Shown here piece after piece: positions 29,424 through 37,764 of a DNA stretch of 64,000 bases; the first letter of the stretch is position 1, and each line of letters begins with the position of its first letter. Under the pieces are notes generated by a model. It was not told the DNA's origin, did no database searches, and worked only from the letters and a program-made list of their open reading frames with translations. The stretch spans positions 288 to 64,287 of the forward strand of contig JAPLYG010000018.1 in NCBI GenBank assembly GCA_026395685.1. Reading direction: 5' to 3'. The translations under genes and the position numbers were made by a program. The stretch is from Candidatus Parcubacteria bacterium (GTDB taxonomy: Bacteria > Patescibacteriota > Patescibacteriia > CAIXNZ01).

Positions 29424-29437
29424 ATATTTTGGAATTC

Positions 29438-29466
29438 AAGGACGTTCTCAATGGCGTCCTTTTTTA
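29438..29466 (+). terminator. Rho-independent terminator
   Basis: aaggacg...cgtcctt hairpin followed by TTTTT. Confidence 0.7.
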
Positions 29467-29501
29467 ATTCGAGGAAGGCTGAAATACGAATATTTCGATT
29501 G

Positions 29502-29530
29502 TTGACTTATAGAGGATATCTTGCTAAGGT
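29502..29530 (+). promoter_or_regulatory. Promoter TTGACT-N17-TAAGGT (island promoter 2)
   Basis: Exact 17-nt spacer. Sits upstream of pyrK. Confidence 0.45.
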
Positions 29531-29579
29531 TTGGGTACAAAAAGTTATTTGAAAAATCAAGATAAAGGGAGGATGGGAC

Positions 29580-30386
29580 ATGGAAACATGGAAGATTCAG
29601 GTTGGTGAGGCTGTCGTGGTTTCTAATATTCTTAAAGCCAAAGATACTTGGGAATTAGAATTAAACCTAGGTAATGACCTTGATGTGACTGCTTTTTTGC
29701 CCGGTCAGTTTGTCTGCTTAGCGCCTTTGGATCCGAGCTCAACTATGGCCAGGCCATTCAGTATTGCCAGTATTAGTACTTTCAACGGCACTTTTTCCTT
29801 GCTGTATAAAGTCATTGGAAAAAACACGGAATTGATGGCCAGGCTTGCAGTCGGAGAAAAGGTAAAGTTCTGGGGACCTTTGGGTCAGGGATTTCTACCT
29901 AACACGGATGAGTATGATGAAGTCTGGCTGATAGGCGGTGGAATCGGCATTGCTCCGCTGATTTTCTATGAAAAGGTCGTTTCGGAATTTCAGGGCGGGA
30001 TTGTCAGGGTTTTTTATGGCAATAAAACCGGGGCAGAAATTATTCCCTTGGATTTATATTGCCAAGAACCTTTGATAATAGTCACTGACGATGGCTCCAT
30101 TGGCTGTCAAGGTTTTGTAACTGATGTTGTACAGGCCTACATGAAAGTGGCCAATGAAAAAAAGATTTTAGTCATTACCTGCGGTCCCAAAGTCATGATG
30201 CGCAAAGTTGCGGATATCTGCCAGCAGGCAGGCCAGGATTGCTATGTGATTTTGGAAACAATCATGGCCTGCGGCCTCGGAGTTTGTCTGGGCTGTTCAA
30301 TCAAGACGTCTTCGGGCATGAAACGCATTTGCCATGATGGACCGGTTTTTCCGGCTAAGGAGGTAATCTGGGATGAGCTCAGTTAA
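29580..30386 (+). CDS. pyrK: Dihydroorotate dehydrogenase electron-transfer subunit (FAD/2Fe-2S)
   Basis: FNR-like fold plus a C-terminal CGLGVCLGC...C cluster. SD AAAGGGAGGA. Confidence 0.85.
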   Translation: METWKIQVGEAVVVSNILKAKDTWELELNLGNDLDVTAFLPGQFVCLAPLDPSSTMARPFSIASISTFNGTFSLLYKVIGKNTELMARLAVGEKVKFWGPLGQGFLPNTDEYDEVWLIGGGIGIAPLIFYEKVVSEFQGGIVRVFYGNKTGAEIIPLDLYCQEPLIIVTDDGSIGCQGFVTDVVQAYMKVANEKKILVITCGPKVMMRKVADICQQAGQDCYVILETIMACGLGVCLGCSIKTSSGMKRICHDGPVFPAKEVIWDELS

Positions 30387-31287
30387 TCTTGGCGTTGAGA
30401 TTGGCGGTATCAGACTGAAAAATCCGATTATGCCGGCCTCAGGAACCTTTGGCAACGGAGAAGAATTTGCCGGCATTCAGGGCATGGATTTAAGTGCGCT
30501 GGGAGCGCTGGTTACCAAGGGTACAACTCTGGAACCGCGAGCTGGCAATCCGCAGCCACGGATCAGAGAAACAGCCAGCGGCATGATCAACTTTATAGGC
30601 CTGGCAAATCCGGGTGTTAAAGCTTTTATTGAAGAAAAATTGCCGTTTATGGCTCAGTTCGAGACTCCGATCATTGTCAATGTTTCCGGTTTTACGCTTA
30701 ACGAATATGTTCGGATGGCTGAGTTACTTGATCAGGTGCCATCTGTTGCAGGATTGGAAATAAATATTTCCTGTCCCAATGTAGAAGGCGGCAGAATTCC
30801 TTTTGGCAGTGATGCTCAAATCGCTGCCAATGTTATTCGAGCGGTGCGCAGGGCTACGAAATTGCCTTTGATCGTTAAGCTGACGCCGAACGTAACTGAT
30901 ATTGTGCCGATTGCTAAAGCAGTAGTTGATGTCGGAGCCAATGCCATTTCCATGATCAATACGGTCCGAGCTGCATTTATTGACCGAGGCAAAATCATCC
31001 AGGGCGGGCTTTCTGGCCCGGCTATCAAACCAATTGCCCTATGTCTAATCAATCAGGTGTCTCAGGCAGTCAATGTGCCGATAATAGGCATGGGCGGAAT
31101 CAGTACCCTGCAGGACATTTTTGATTTTTTCCAGGTCGGTGCGTCAGCTGTTGCCATTGGCACAGCGAATTTCAAAAATCCGCTGGTGATGATGGCGCTG
31201 ATTGACCAGCTGGAAAAATATTGTTTGGAACACGGCCTAGCCAATATTGACCAGGTCAAAGCAAGGATAAAAGGAGGAAAAGGGTGA
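30373..31287 (+). CDS. pyrD: Dihydroorotate dehydrogenase catalytic subunit (class 1B)
   Basis: ...IMPASGTFGNG..., ...NISCPN... and GGIST motifs. Confidence 0.9.
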   Translation: MSSVNLGVEIGGIRLKNPIMPASGTFGNGEEFAGIQGMDLSALGALVTKGTTLEPRAGNPQPRIRETASGMINFIGLANPGVKAFIEEKLPFMAQFETPIIVNVSGFTLNEYVRMAELLDQVPSVAGLEINISCPNVEGGRIPFGSDAQIAANVIRAVRRATKLPLIVKLTPNVTDIVPIAKAVVDVGANAISMINTVRAAFIDRGKIIQGGLSGPAIKPIALCLINQVSQAVNVPIIGMGGISTLQDIFDFFQVGASAVAIGTANFKNPLVMMALIDQLEKYCLEHGLANIDQVKARIKGGKG

Positions 31288-32045
31288 TGAAGGAAATTGC
31301 TAATGTCAACGAAAGGTTGATCGTGGCAGCGGACTTTGAGCTGGAAGGCAATGACGTACAGGCGGCGATAAATGTTCGCCAAAAGGTGCTGCAACTTGCC
31401 GATGCTCTCCACGGAACAGGCGTGATCATCAAGGTCAACTCCATCTTACGAGCCGGGGGATACAGCCTGGTCGAAGAGCTCCATGAGCGCGGACTTAAGG
31501 TCATGGCTGATCTCAAGCTGGTGGATATTCCCCAGACCATGAAGATCGACGGACAGCTTCTGGCTTGCTATAAGCCGGAGATTGTCACTGTCATGGCCAA
31601 TGCCGGAATCGATGGCCTGTCAGCCTTGGTTAAGGCTATGCCTGCGACGCAGGTTTTAGCCGTGACGGTGCTGACATCGTTGGATGAAGAAGAATGCCAG
31701 CAGATCTACTGCTGCTCAACCAAAGCCGGCGTGCTCAGATTTGCGCGCATGGCTCAAGCCGCTGGTTGCGCAGGCCTGGTGCTTTCACCCAAGGAAGTGG
31801 ACGTGATCAGGAAACGGCCGGCGTTGAACGCGCTTTCCCTCAATACTCCGGGCATCCGGCCCACCTTCGGCGTGGTCAAAGGCGATGACCAAAAACGGAC
31901 TGACACTCCGGAAGCAGCTTTTCTGGCCGGCGTGGATCGGATCGTGGTCGGACGTCCGATTACCCAGGCGGAAAATCCGCAGGTAGCAGTGCAATTGATC
32001 TTGGAGGAGATCAAGGTCGCACTTGAGAAAAAGGAAAAGAAATAA
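31284..32045 (+). CDS. pyrF: Orotidine-5'-phosphate decarboxylase
   Basis: ADLKLVDIPQTM active-site motif (D-K-x-x-D-I-P-x-T). The highest G+C in the window. Confidence 0.8.
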   Translation: MMKEIANVNERLIVAADFELEGNDVQAAINVRQKVLQLADALHGTGVIIKVNSILRAGGYSLVEELHERGLKVMADLKLVDIPQTMKIDGQLLACYKPEIVTVMANAGIDGLSALVKAMPATQVLAVTVLTSLDEEECQQIYCCSTKAGVLRFARMAQAAGCAGLVLSPKEVDVIRKRPALNALSLNTPGIRPTFGVVKGDDQKRTDTPEAAFLAGVDRIVVGRPITQAENPQVAVQLILEEIKVALEKKEKK

Positions 32046-32046
32046 C

Positions 32047-32082
32047 AGCCAAGGGATTCCCATCCGGGAGTCCCTTTTTTAT
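32047..32082 (+). terminator. Terminator after pyrF
   Basis: agggattcccatccgggagtccct followed by a T-run. Confidence 0.6.
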
Positions 32083-32159
32083 TTCGTTAATCGTTTTTCG
32101 CTATCGATATTCGTTTCATTTATCGTTATACGTCTAACGTAACGAACTTTGATAACTGA

Positions 32160-32188
32160 TTGACGAATTAAACGAGGTTTGATAAGGT
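32160..32188 (+). promoter_or_regulatory. Promoter TTGACG-N17-TAAGGT (island promoter 3)
   Basis: Exact 17-nt spacer. Sits upstream of pyrE. Confidence 0.45.
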
Positions 32189-32239
32189 GGAGGAAATTAG
32201 GGATTGTTTTTAAAGCAAAAAAGAAGAAGGAGGAAAGTG

Positions 32240-33007
32240 ATGAAAGAATTAGCGGTTATTGAGACAGTGAAAAACGGAGGCGTCTTTGCGCTAAATTCAA
32301 GTGACTTTGAAGGGCGGCGCATGACCATCAACGAGGTGGTGGCGATTTTGAGCGCCTTTGATGCCTTTTGGCAATATCAAGGCGATCCTTGCGTCCAAAA
32401 GCCACATGCGCTACTGAAGTCGGGCAAGCACAGCAACGGTTTCATCAATTGCAAGGAGGTGCTGGATTATCCGCTGTTGTGCATGTTGCTGGCGCATGAG
32501 ATGCTCAAAGAAGCCAAATCACATCTTGCTCAGGATGTTCTGGCCACAATAGGCGGGGTGGCTGCTTCAGCCTATTCGGCCTTGGATCCCGGCTTTTGCC
32601 TGGCTTGGCTGTTGAGCAAAGAGTACAATCACCGGATCAAAGCCTTTAAGGCTGAAAAAGACGATAAGGGCAATCCGACCATCATTCGTGGTGGGATCGA
32701 CCCCAGCTTGAATGTCTTGGTCATCAACGAACTGATGACCACGGCCAGCGGCTCAACTTGGGAGACCAAACAAGCTGTCTTGAAAACCAATGGCGACAAG
32801 CCGGCGCCTAAAGTGCTGGATAAAGCGATCGTGTTGATGCACAGATCAAAGGATTTCCAGTTGCCTGACGGCTCACTTGTTGTTCCAGTCTTTCATTTCG
32901 ACATTGAGAACTTCGAGCCGGAAAACTGCCCTTACTGCCAAGTTGGTTCGCAGGCTATCAAGCCCAAAGTCGGCAACAACTGGAATATTTTACACGGCTG
33001 GGCCTAG
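32240..33007 (+). CDS. pyrE: Orotate phosphoribosyltransferase with a C-terminal extension
   Basis: LKSGKHSNGFINCKEVLDYP resembles the OPRTase loop, and VLVINELMTTASGST is the PRPP-binding motif. I chose the start at ATG 32240 after GGAGGAAAGTG. The extra ~70 aa include CPYC. Confidence 0.7.
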   Translation: MKELAVIETVKNGGVFALNSSDFEGRRMTINEVVAILSAFDAFWQYQGDPCVQKPHALLKSGKHSNGFINCKEVLDYPLLCMLLAHEMLKEAKSHLAQDVLATIGGVAASAYSALDPGFCLAWLLSKEYNHRIKAFKAEKDDKGNPTIIRGGIDPSLNVLVINELMTTASGSTWETKQAVLKTNGDKPAPKVLDKAIVLMHRSKDFQLPDGSLVVPVFHFDIENFEPENCPYCQVGSQAIKPKVGNNWNILHGWA

Positions 33008-33024
33008 CGCTATTCAAACAAATT

Positions 33025-33057
33025 GGCCGCCCTCTGCGTTATGGGGGGCGGTCTTTA
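33025..33057 (+). terminator. Terminator after pyrE
   Basis: ccgccc...gggcgg hairpin followed by a T-rich tract. Confidence 0.5.
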
Positions 33058-33089
33058 AATTTGACTTTTTATTGAATTTTGCTACAATA

Positions 33090-33298
33090 TAATCACCAAA
33101 AGCCGTTTGACCCTACTAACAGTAGGGGAGGCACGGGAAGAAACCATTTGGGAGTAGAACCCGTCGTAAACCTGCGTTAAGGGTAAATTAAGAGGCTCTC
33201 CTCGGAGGGAATCAAGGTGGTACCGCGAAGAAAAAACTTCGTCCTTGAATCTATCAGTATTTGGTTTTTTGATAGGTTTAGAGACGAAGTTTTTTTAA
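33090..33298 (+). promoter_or_regulatory. T-box riboswitch leader of aspS
   Basis: AATCAAGGTGGTACCGCGAAG matches the T-box core AAUUAGGGUGGNACCGCG. It is followed by the terminator aacttcgtc...gacgaagtt plus T7 (33236..33298). Confidence 0.6.
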
Positions 33299-33299
33299 T

Positions 33300-33430
33300 A
33301 ACCAATCATCAATAATCAAAATCCAAACAATATCTAAATTATAATAACTAATATTCAAACCGTTTAGTGATTAGGAATTGGTTATTTGTATTTGTTTGAT
33401 GATTGAGACTTGATGATTGATTATTAATCA
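33300..33430. repeat. AT-rich imperfect palindromic intergenic element, copy B (between the T-box terminator and the aspS ATG)
   Basis: caatcatcaataatcaaaatccaaacaa ... ctaaattataa ... ttgtttgatgattgagacttgatgattgattatt. Confidence 0.65.
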
Positions 33431-33439
33431 CAAAAATCT

Positions 33440-35215
33440 ATGTTAAGAACACAAACCTGCGGCGAATTAACTAAAAAACAAGTCGGTAAAAAAGCTGCCT
33501 TATGCGGCTGGGTAAATTCCAGACGCGATCATGGCGGTATTATTTTTATTGACTTGCGTGACCGTTATGGCTTGACCCAGATTAAGTTTGATCCCAGAAT
33601 TTCTCAGCCAGCCTGGGATGAAGCCAATAATGTAAGGCCAGAATGGGTGTTAAAAGTAACCGGTGAAGTTTTAGCGCGTCCCAAGGATATGATAAATCCC
33701 AAAATGGAGACCGGAGAGATTGAAATGGCAATTACTGAAATTGAAATTTTAACTCAGGCCAAAACTCCGCCTTTTGAAATTGATCAGGATAAAAATGTAA
33801 ATGAGGATTTGAGATTGAAATACCGATTTTTAGATTTGAGGCACAGTCGATTGCAAAAAATTATTGCTGATCGGGATAAATTGATTACCTATGTACGAGA
33901 ATATTTTCATAAAAAAGAGTTCATTGAAATTCAAACACCGATTTTAGCAAACTCTTCTCCTGAAGGGGCTCGTGATTATTTAGTTCCTTCAAGAATACAT
34001 CCTGGAACATTTTATGCCTTGCCTCAGGCACCCCAACAGTTTAAACAATTATTAATGGTCTCTGGTTTTGACCGCTATTTTCAGATTGCGCCTTGTTTTC
34101 GTGACGAAGATCCGCGATCTGACCGCCATCCCGGAGAATTTTATCAGATTGACTTAGAAATGTCTTTTGTGGAACAGGAAGATGTCTGGCAGCTGGTTGA
34201 ACCTTTGATGGTTGAACTGACTGAAAAATTTTCTGAGAAAAAAATTATTGCCAAGCCTTTCCCAAGAATTACTTACAAAGAAGCTTTGGAAAAGTACGGA
34301 TCTGATAAGCCGGATTTGCGTTTTGATATGGAAATTAAGTCTATTTCAGAAATGGTTAAAGCTTGCGGATTTTCTGTCTTTAGCGAAGCTATTAAAAACG
34401 GCGGTGTAGTTCATGCTTTGAAAGTTGAGGCCGATGGCAAGTTTTCCAGAAAGGATATTGATGAAATAACTGAAATTGCCAAAGCAAAAGGCGCTAAGGG
34501 TTTAGCTTATATTATTGTCAAAGAAAAAAATGAATTACAGTCGCCAATAGTCAAATTTTTAGGCGATGATCTTTCTCTTAAATTAGTTAAGGAATTGAAG
34601 GCGAAAGTCGGGGATATTATCTTCTTTGGTGCAGATGTTTGGAAGACCGTTTGTAGCGCTCTGGGAGCAGTAAGAAACGAATGTGGCAGCCGTTTAGGGC
34701 TAAAAGATCCTAATAAGGCAGCCTGGCTATGGGTGGCTGATTTTCCCATGTACGAGTATTCTGAAATTGAACCGGGACGTATTGATTTTTCCCATAATCC
34801 ATTTTCCATGCCGCAGGGTGGGCTGAAAGCACTGATGGAAATGAATCCTTTAGATATTTTGGCACATCAGTATGATTTGGTCTGTAATGGCTTTGAAATC
34901 TCCTCAGGTGCCATTCGAAATCACCAGCCGGAAATTATGTATAAAGCTTTTGAGATCGCCGGCTATACCAAAGAAGAAGTTGATGCTAAATTTGGCCATA
35001 TGATTAAAGCCTTTGAATTTGGCGCGCCCCCTCATGGCGGCATTGCTCCGGGTTTGGACAGGTTATTAATGGTTCTCTGGGATTTACCGAGCATCCGCGA
35101 TATTTATGCTTTTCCGAAAAATGGTTCTGCACAGGATGCTATGTTAGGCGCGCCAAGCGAGGTTAGCGCTAAGCAACTTAAAGATCTTCATATTAAATTG
35201 GACTTGGATAAATAG
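33440..35215 (+). CDS. aspS: Aspartyl-tRNA synthetase (bacterial type)
   Basis: N-terminal OB fold and class II motifs 1-3 (FRDED, GxGxDR), about 590 aa. Confidence 0.95.
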   Translation: MLRTQTCGELTKKQVGKKAALCGWVNSRRDHGGIIFIDLRDRYGLTQIKFDPRISQPAWDEANNVRPEWVLKVTGEVLARPKDMINPKMETGEIEMAITEIEILTQAKTPPFEIDQDKNVNEDLRLKYRFLDLRHSRLQKIIADRDKLITYVREYFHKKEFIEIQTPILANSSPEGARDYLVPSRIHPGTFYALPQAPQQFKQLLMVSGFDRYFQIAPCFRDEDPRSDRHPGEFYQIDLEMSFVEQEDVWQLVEPLMVELTEKFSEKKIIAKPFPRITYKEALEKYGSDKPDLRFDMEIKSISEMVKACGFSVFSEAIKNGGVVHALKVEADGKFSRKDIDEITEIAKAKGAKGLAYIIVKEKNELQSPIVKFLGDDLSLKLVKELKAKVGDIIFFGADVWKTVCSALGAVRNECGSRLGLKDPNKAAWLWVADFPMYEYSEIEPGRIDFSHNPFSMPQGGLKALMEMNPLDILAHQYDLVCNGFEISSGAIRNHQPEIMYKAFEIAGYTKEEVDAKFGHMIKAFEFGAPPHGGIAPGLDRLLMVLWDLPSIRDIYAFPKNGSAQDAMLGAPSEVSAKQLKDLHIKLDLDK

Positions 35216-35244
35216 GAGGCGAAAACGTCCGATAAAATATTATC

Positions 35245-35272
35245 GTAGGGGACGCAGATCTGCGTCCCCTAC
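35245..35272. repeat. 28-nt perfect palindrome gtaggggacgcagatctgcgtcccctac (terminator-like), copy 1
   Basis: The second copy at 49313..49340 differs by one compensatory pair (gggga/tcccc versus gggaa/ttccc). Confidence 0.85.
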
Positions 35273-35347
35273 GTTTGTTTTACAAACGGCCGTTTTTGTC
35301 CGCGACTTGAATATTCATCATTTTTAGGCTAAAATTAAAGAGTACCT

Positions 35348-35653
35348 ATGAAACTTTCTGGCTTACAGAAATACATAATTTTGCAATGTTTTGACTCCAA
35401 AAACAAGCTTGATCGCAAGGTTTTGCTGGGCTTTTACGGTTCTAATAAGAAGAATCCTAGCAAAGAGATAATGGTTAATTCCATTACTAATAGTATTGAA
35501 CGATTAATCAAAAAGGGGTTGATTGTGGGGTTTGGAGAGATTACTAAGGAGAAAGTTTATATCAATAAAATAAGATTAACTAGGGCGGGACAAGTATTGG
35601 CGAAGAAGGCGCTGGGGGAACAAAGACACCTGCCCTTTAAGGCTAAATTTTAA
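35348..35653 (+). CDS. Hypothetical protein
   Basis: ORF with no recognised motif. Possibly a small DNA-binding protein. Confidence 0.4.
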   Translation: MKLSGLQKYIILQCFDSKNKLDRKVLLGFYGSNKKNPSKEIMVNSITNSIERLIKKGLIVGFGEITKEKVYINKIRLTRAGQVLAKKALGEQRHLPFKAKF

Positions 35654-35751
35654 ATTTAAAATTTTAATTGTAGGAATATTATTTAAAAATTTAAACATTA
35701 AAAATTGATTTAAAATTAAAAATTATAAATTTAAAATTAATTAGAAATCCT

Positions 35752-36327
35752 ATGCCTATCCCAAAACAAATTACTAACTATCTGGACAAGCGTGATGCCA
35801 AGTATGCTATTGTCACTCATAAAAAAGTTTATACTGCTTATGATGCCGCTCAGACATTAAAGAAAAAGTTGGATGAAATAGTAAAGAATTTATTAATTAA
35901 AACTGATAAAGGATTTGTTTTGGTTTTATTGCCAGCGTCAAAGCGGCTAGATCTAAAGCAGTTGAAGAAATTGATGAATAGTAAAGGTAAGGGAGTGAAA
36001 ACAGTAGAAATTCCCAAAGAAGGCGCGATGGTCAGATTGTTAAAAGTAAAACCAGGCGCTTTGTCAGCTTTTGGTAGGTTGCATGCTTTGGAAGTTTATA
36101 TGGATAAAAATTTACGTAAAGTCAAAAAGGCGATTTTTTCCAGCGGCAGCTTTACGGAAAGTTTTGAAATGGCCATGAAGGAATTTGAAAAACTGGAAGA
36201 GCCGGTGGTAGGCGTATTTACCGAAACAAAAAAATTTAAGCCGATAAAGAAGGTGTTTAAGAAAATAAAGAAGACAGTTAAAAAAGCAACAAAGAACGTT
36301 AAAAAATCAATTAAGAAAAGAAAGTAG
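35752..36327 (+). CDS. YbaK/ProX-like aminoacyl-tRNA deacylase domain protein with a Lys-rich C-terminal tail
   Basis: N-terminal ~150 aa resemble YbaK/EbsC. The C-terminus reads KKFKPIKKVFKKIKKTVKKATKNVKKSIKKRK. Confidence 0.5.
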   Translation: MPIPKQITNYLDKRDAKYAIVTHKKVYTAYDAAQTLKKKLDEIVKNLLIKTDKGFVLVLLPASKRLDLKQLKKLMNSKGKGVKTVEIPKEGAMVRLLKVKPGALSAFGRLHALEVYMDKNLRKVKKAIFSSGSFTESFEMAMKEFEKLEEPVVGVFTETKKFKPIKKVFKKIKKTVKKATKNVKKSIKKRK

Positions 36328-36393
36328 TTTGGCTTCGTGCCTAGGGTTTTGAGCTTAGAGCTCATAGCCGATAACTCGCAGCCCACAGCTTAT

Positions 36394-37092
36394 ATGGAAC
36401 AATATAAGGTACAATTAGAAGACTGGCAGGGTCCTTTAGATTTACTTTTACAGCTGATTGAGCAGCAAGAATTGGATATTACCAAGATTTCATTATCCAA
36501 GGTCGCTGACCAGTTTATTGCGTATATGAATATGAAACCTATTTCCCTGGAGGAAACTGCTGATTTTTTAGTTGTAGCCGCAAAGTTGATCTATATTAAA
36601 TCAAAAGCACTTTTGCCGACTTTAAGTTTGGAAGAAGATGATGGCATTGATCTGGAAAAGCAGCTCAAAATGTATAAAGAATATCTGGAAGCTTCAAGGA
36701 AAATACAAAAAATATTGAGTAAAAATCAGTTTTGTTTCAGCAAAGAAAAATTTCCCGACGGAATTACTTCTCAAATTTTTTATATACCGCAAAGTCTTAC
36801 CCCCAATAAGCTTAGTAATGTATATGCTCAAATTCTGGGGCGCATCAAACCGATTTTAGAATTGCCGAAGAGAGTGATTGAAAGAACAATAAAATTGTCA
36901 GAAAGAATTTTACATATTAAAGAATTGGTATTAAGAGAAGCCTGCTCATCTTTCAATAAGCTATTATGCGATTCTAAATCTAAAACCGAGAGGATTGTTT
37001 CTTTCTTGGCTATCTTGGAGCTGGTAAAACAAAAAATAATTAATGTAGAACAGAACGAATTATTTGAGGATATTACTATGAACAAAATTTAA
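36394..37092 (+). CDS. scpA: Segregation and condensation protein A
   Basis: GPLDLLLQLIEQQELDITKISL kleisin signature. I chose the start at ATG 36394. Confidence 0.85.
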   Translation: MEQYKVQLEDWQGPLDLLLQLIEQQELDITKISLSKVADQFIAYMNMKPISLEETADFLVVAAKLIYIKSKALLPTLSLEEDDGIDLEKQLKMYKEYLEASRKIQKILSKNQFCFSKEKFPDGITSQIFYIPQSLTPNKLSNVYAQILGRIKPILELPKRVIERTIKLSERILHIKELVLREACSSFNKLLCDSKSKTERIVSFLAILELVKQKIINVEQNELFEDITMNKI

Positions 37093-37140
37093 GATTCAAA
37101 GTTTAAAGTGCAAAGTTACAATTATTAATTTAAATTTATT
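37093..37140. repeat. AT-rich caaagt repeat (family 2), copy 2
   Basis: tcaaagtttaaagtgcaaagtt. Compare 27880..28016. Confidence 0.5.
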
Positions 37141-37147
37141 GATATTT

Positions 37148-37738
37148 ATGTCATTAAAATCTAAAATTGAATCGTTATTATTTATAACTACCAGGCCTTT
37201 AGCGGTAAATAAAATTGCTGAATTGGTCGAGGGAGACAAAAATGAGGTAAAAGAGGCAATAGAAAGCCTTTATCAGAAATATAATAATGAAGAAAATGGA
37301 GTCATTCTGCAAAAAATAGGAAATGATTATCAGTTGGTTACCAGGCCGGAAAACAGCAAAATGATCAGTGAATTTTTAAAGGAAGAAATTACCGGGGAAT
37401 TAACCCCGGCTTCACTAGAAACTTTAACGGTTGTGGCTTATCGCGGCCCCATAGCACGCGAAGAGTTGGAATTAATTCGCGGGGTAAATTGCAGTATTAT
37501 CTTGCGCAATTTGTTAATCAGAGGATTGATTGAAGAAATCAATGATAAGAATGAATTGGTTAAGAAATATCAGATTACTTTTGAATTTTTAAAGCACCTG
37601 GGAATTTCAGAGCCGGCTCAATTGCCTAACTATGAGCATCTTAACAGCGCAGAAGCGCTGGAACAGCTTTTAAAGCAAAAACAAGGCGAACAATTAAAAA
37701 TTACAGATGCTCCCGAGACAGGGGAGGCAAATGTTTAA
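37148..37738 (+). CDS. scpB: Segregation and condensation protein B
   Basis: Winged-helix ScpB motifs (...VVAYRGPIAREELELIRGV...). Confidence 0.85.
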   Translation: MSLKSKIESLLFITTRPLAVNKIAELVEGDKNEVKEAIESLYQKYNNEENGVILQKIGNDYQLVTRPENSKMISEFLKEEITGELTPASLETLTVVAYRGPIAREELELIRGVNCSIILRNLLIRGLIEEINDKNELVKKYQITFEFLKHLGISEPAQLPNYEHLNSAEALEQLLKQKQGEQLKITDAPETGEANV

Positions 37739-37764
37739 TTATTAACGTTTAGAACTTAGTTATT

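Noticed and set aside
31694-32063. Alternative-frame and antisense ORFs inside pyrF (31694..31888 +, 31754..32014 -, 31785..32063 -, 31062..31540 -)
   Set aside because: High-GC coding DNA produces long spurious ORFs. pyrF and pyrD in the annotated frame have clear family motifs.
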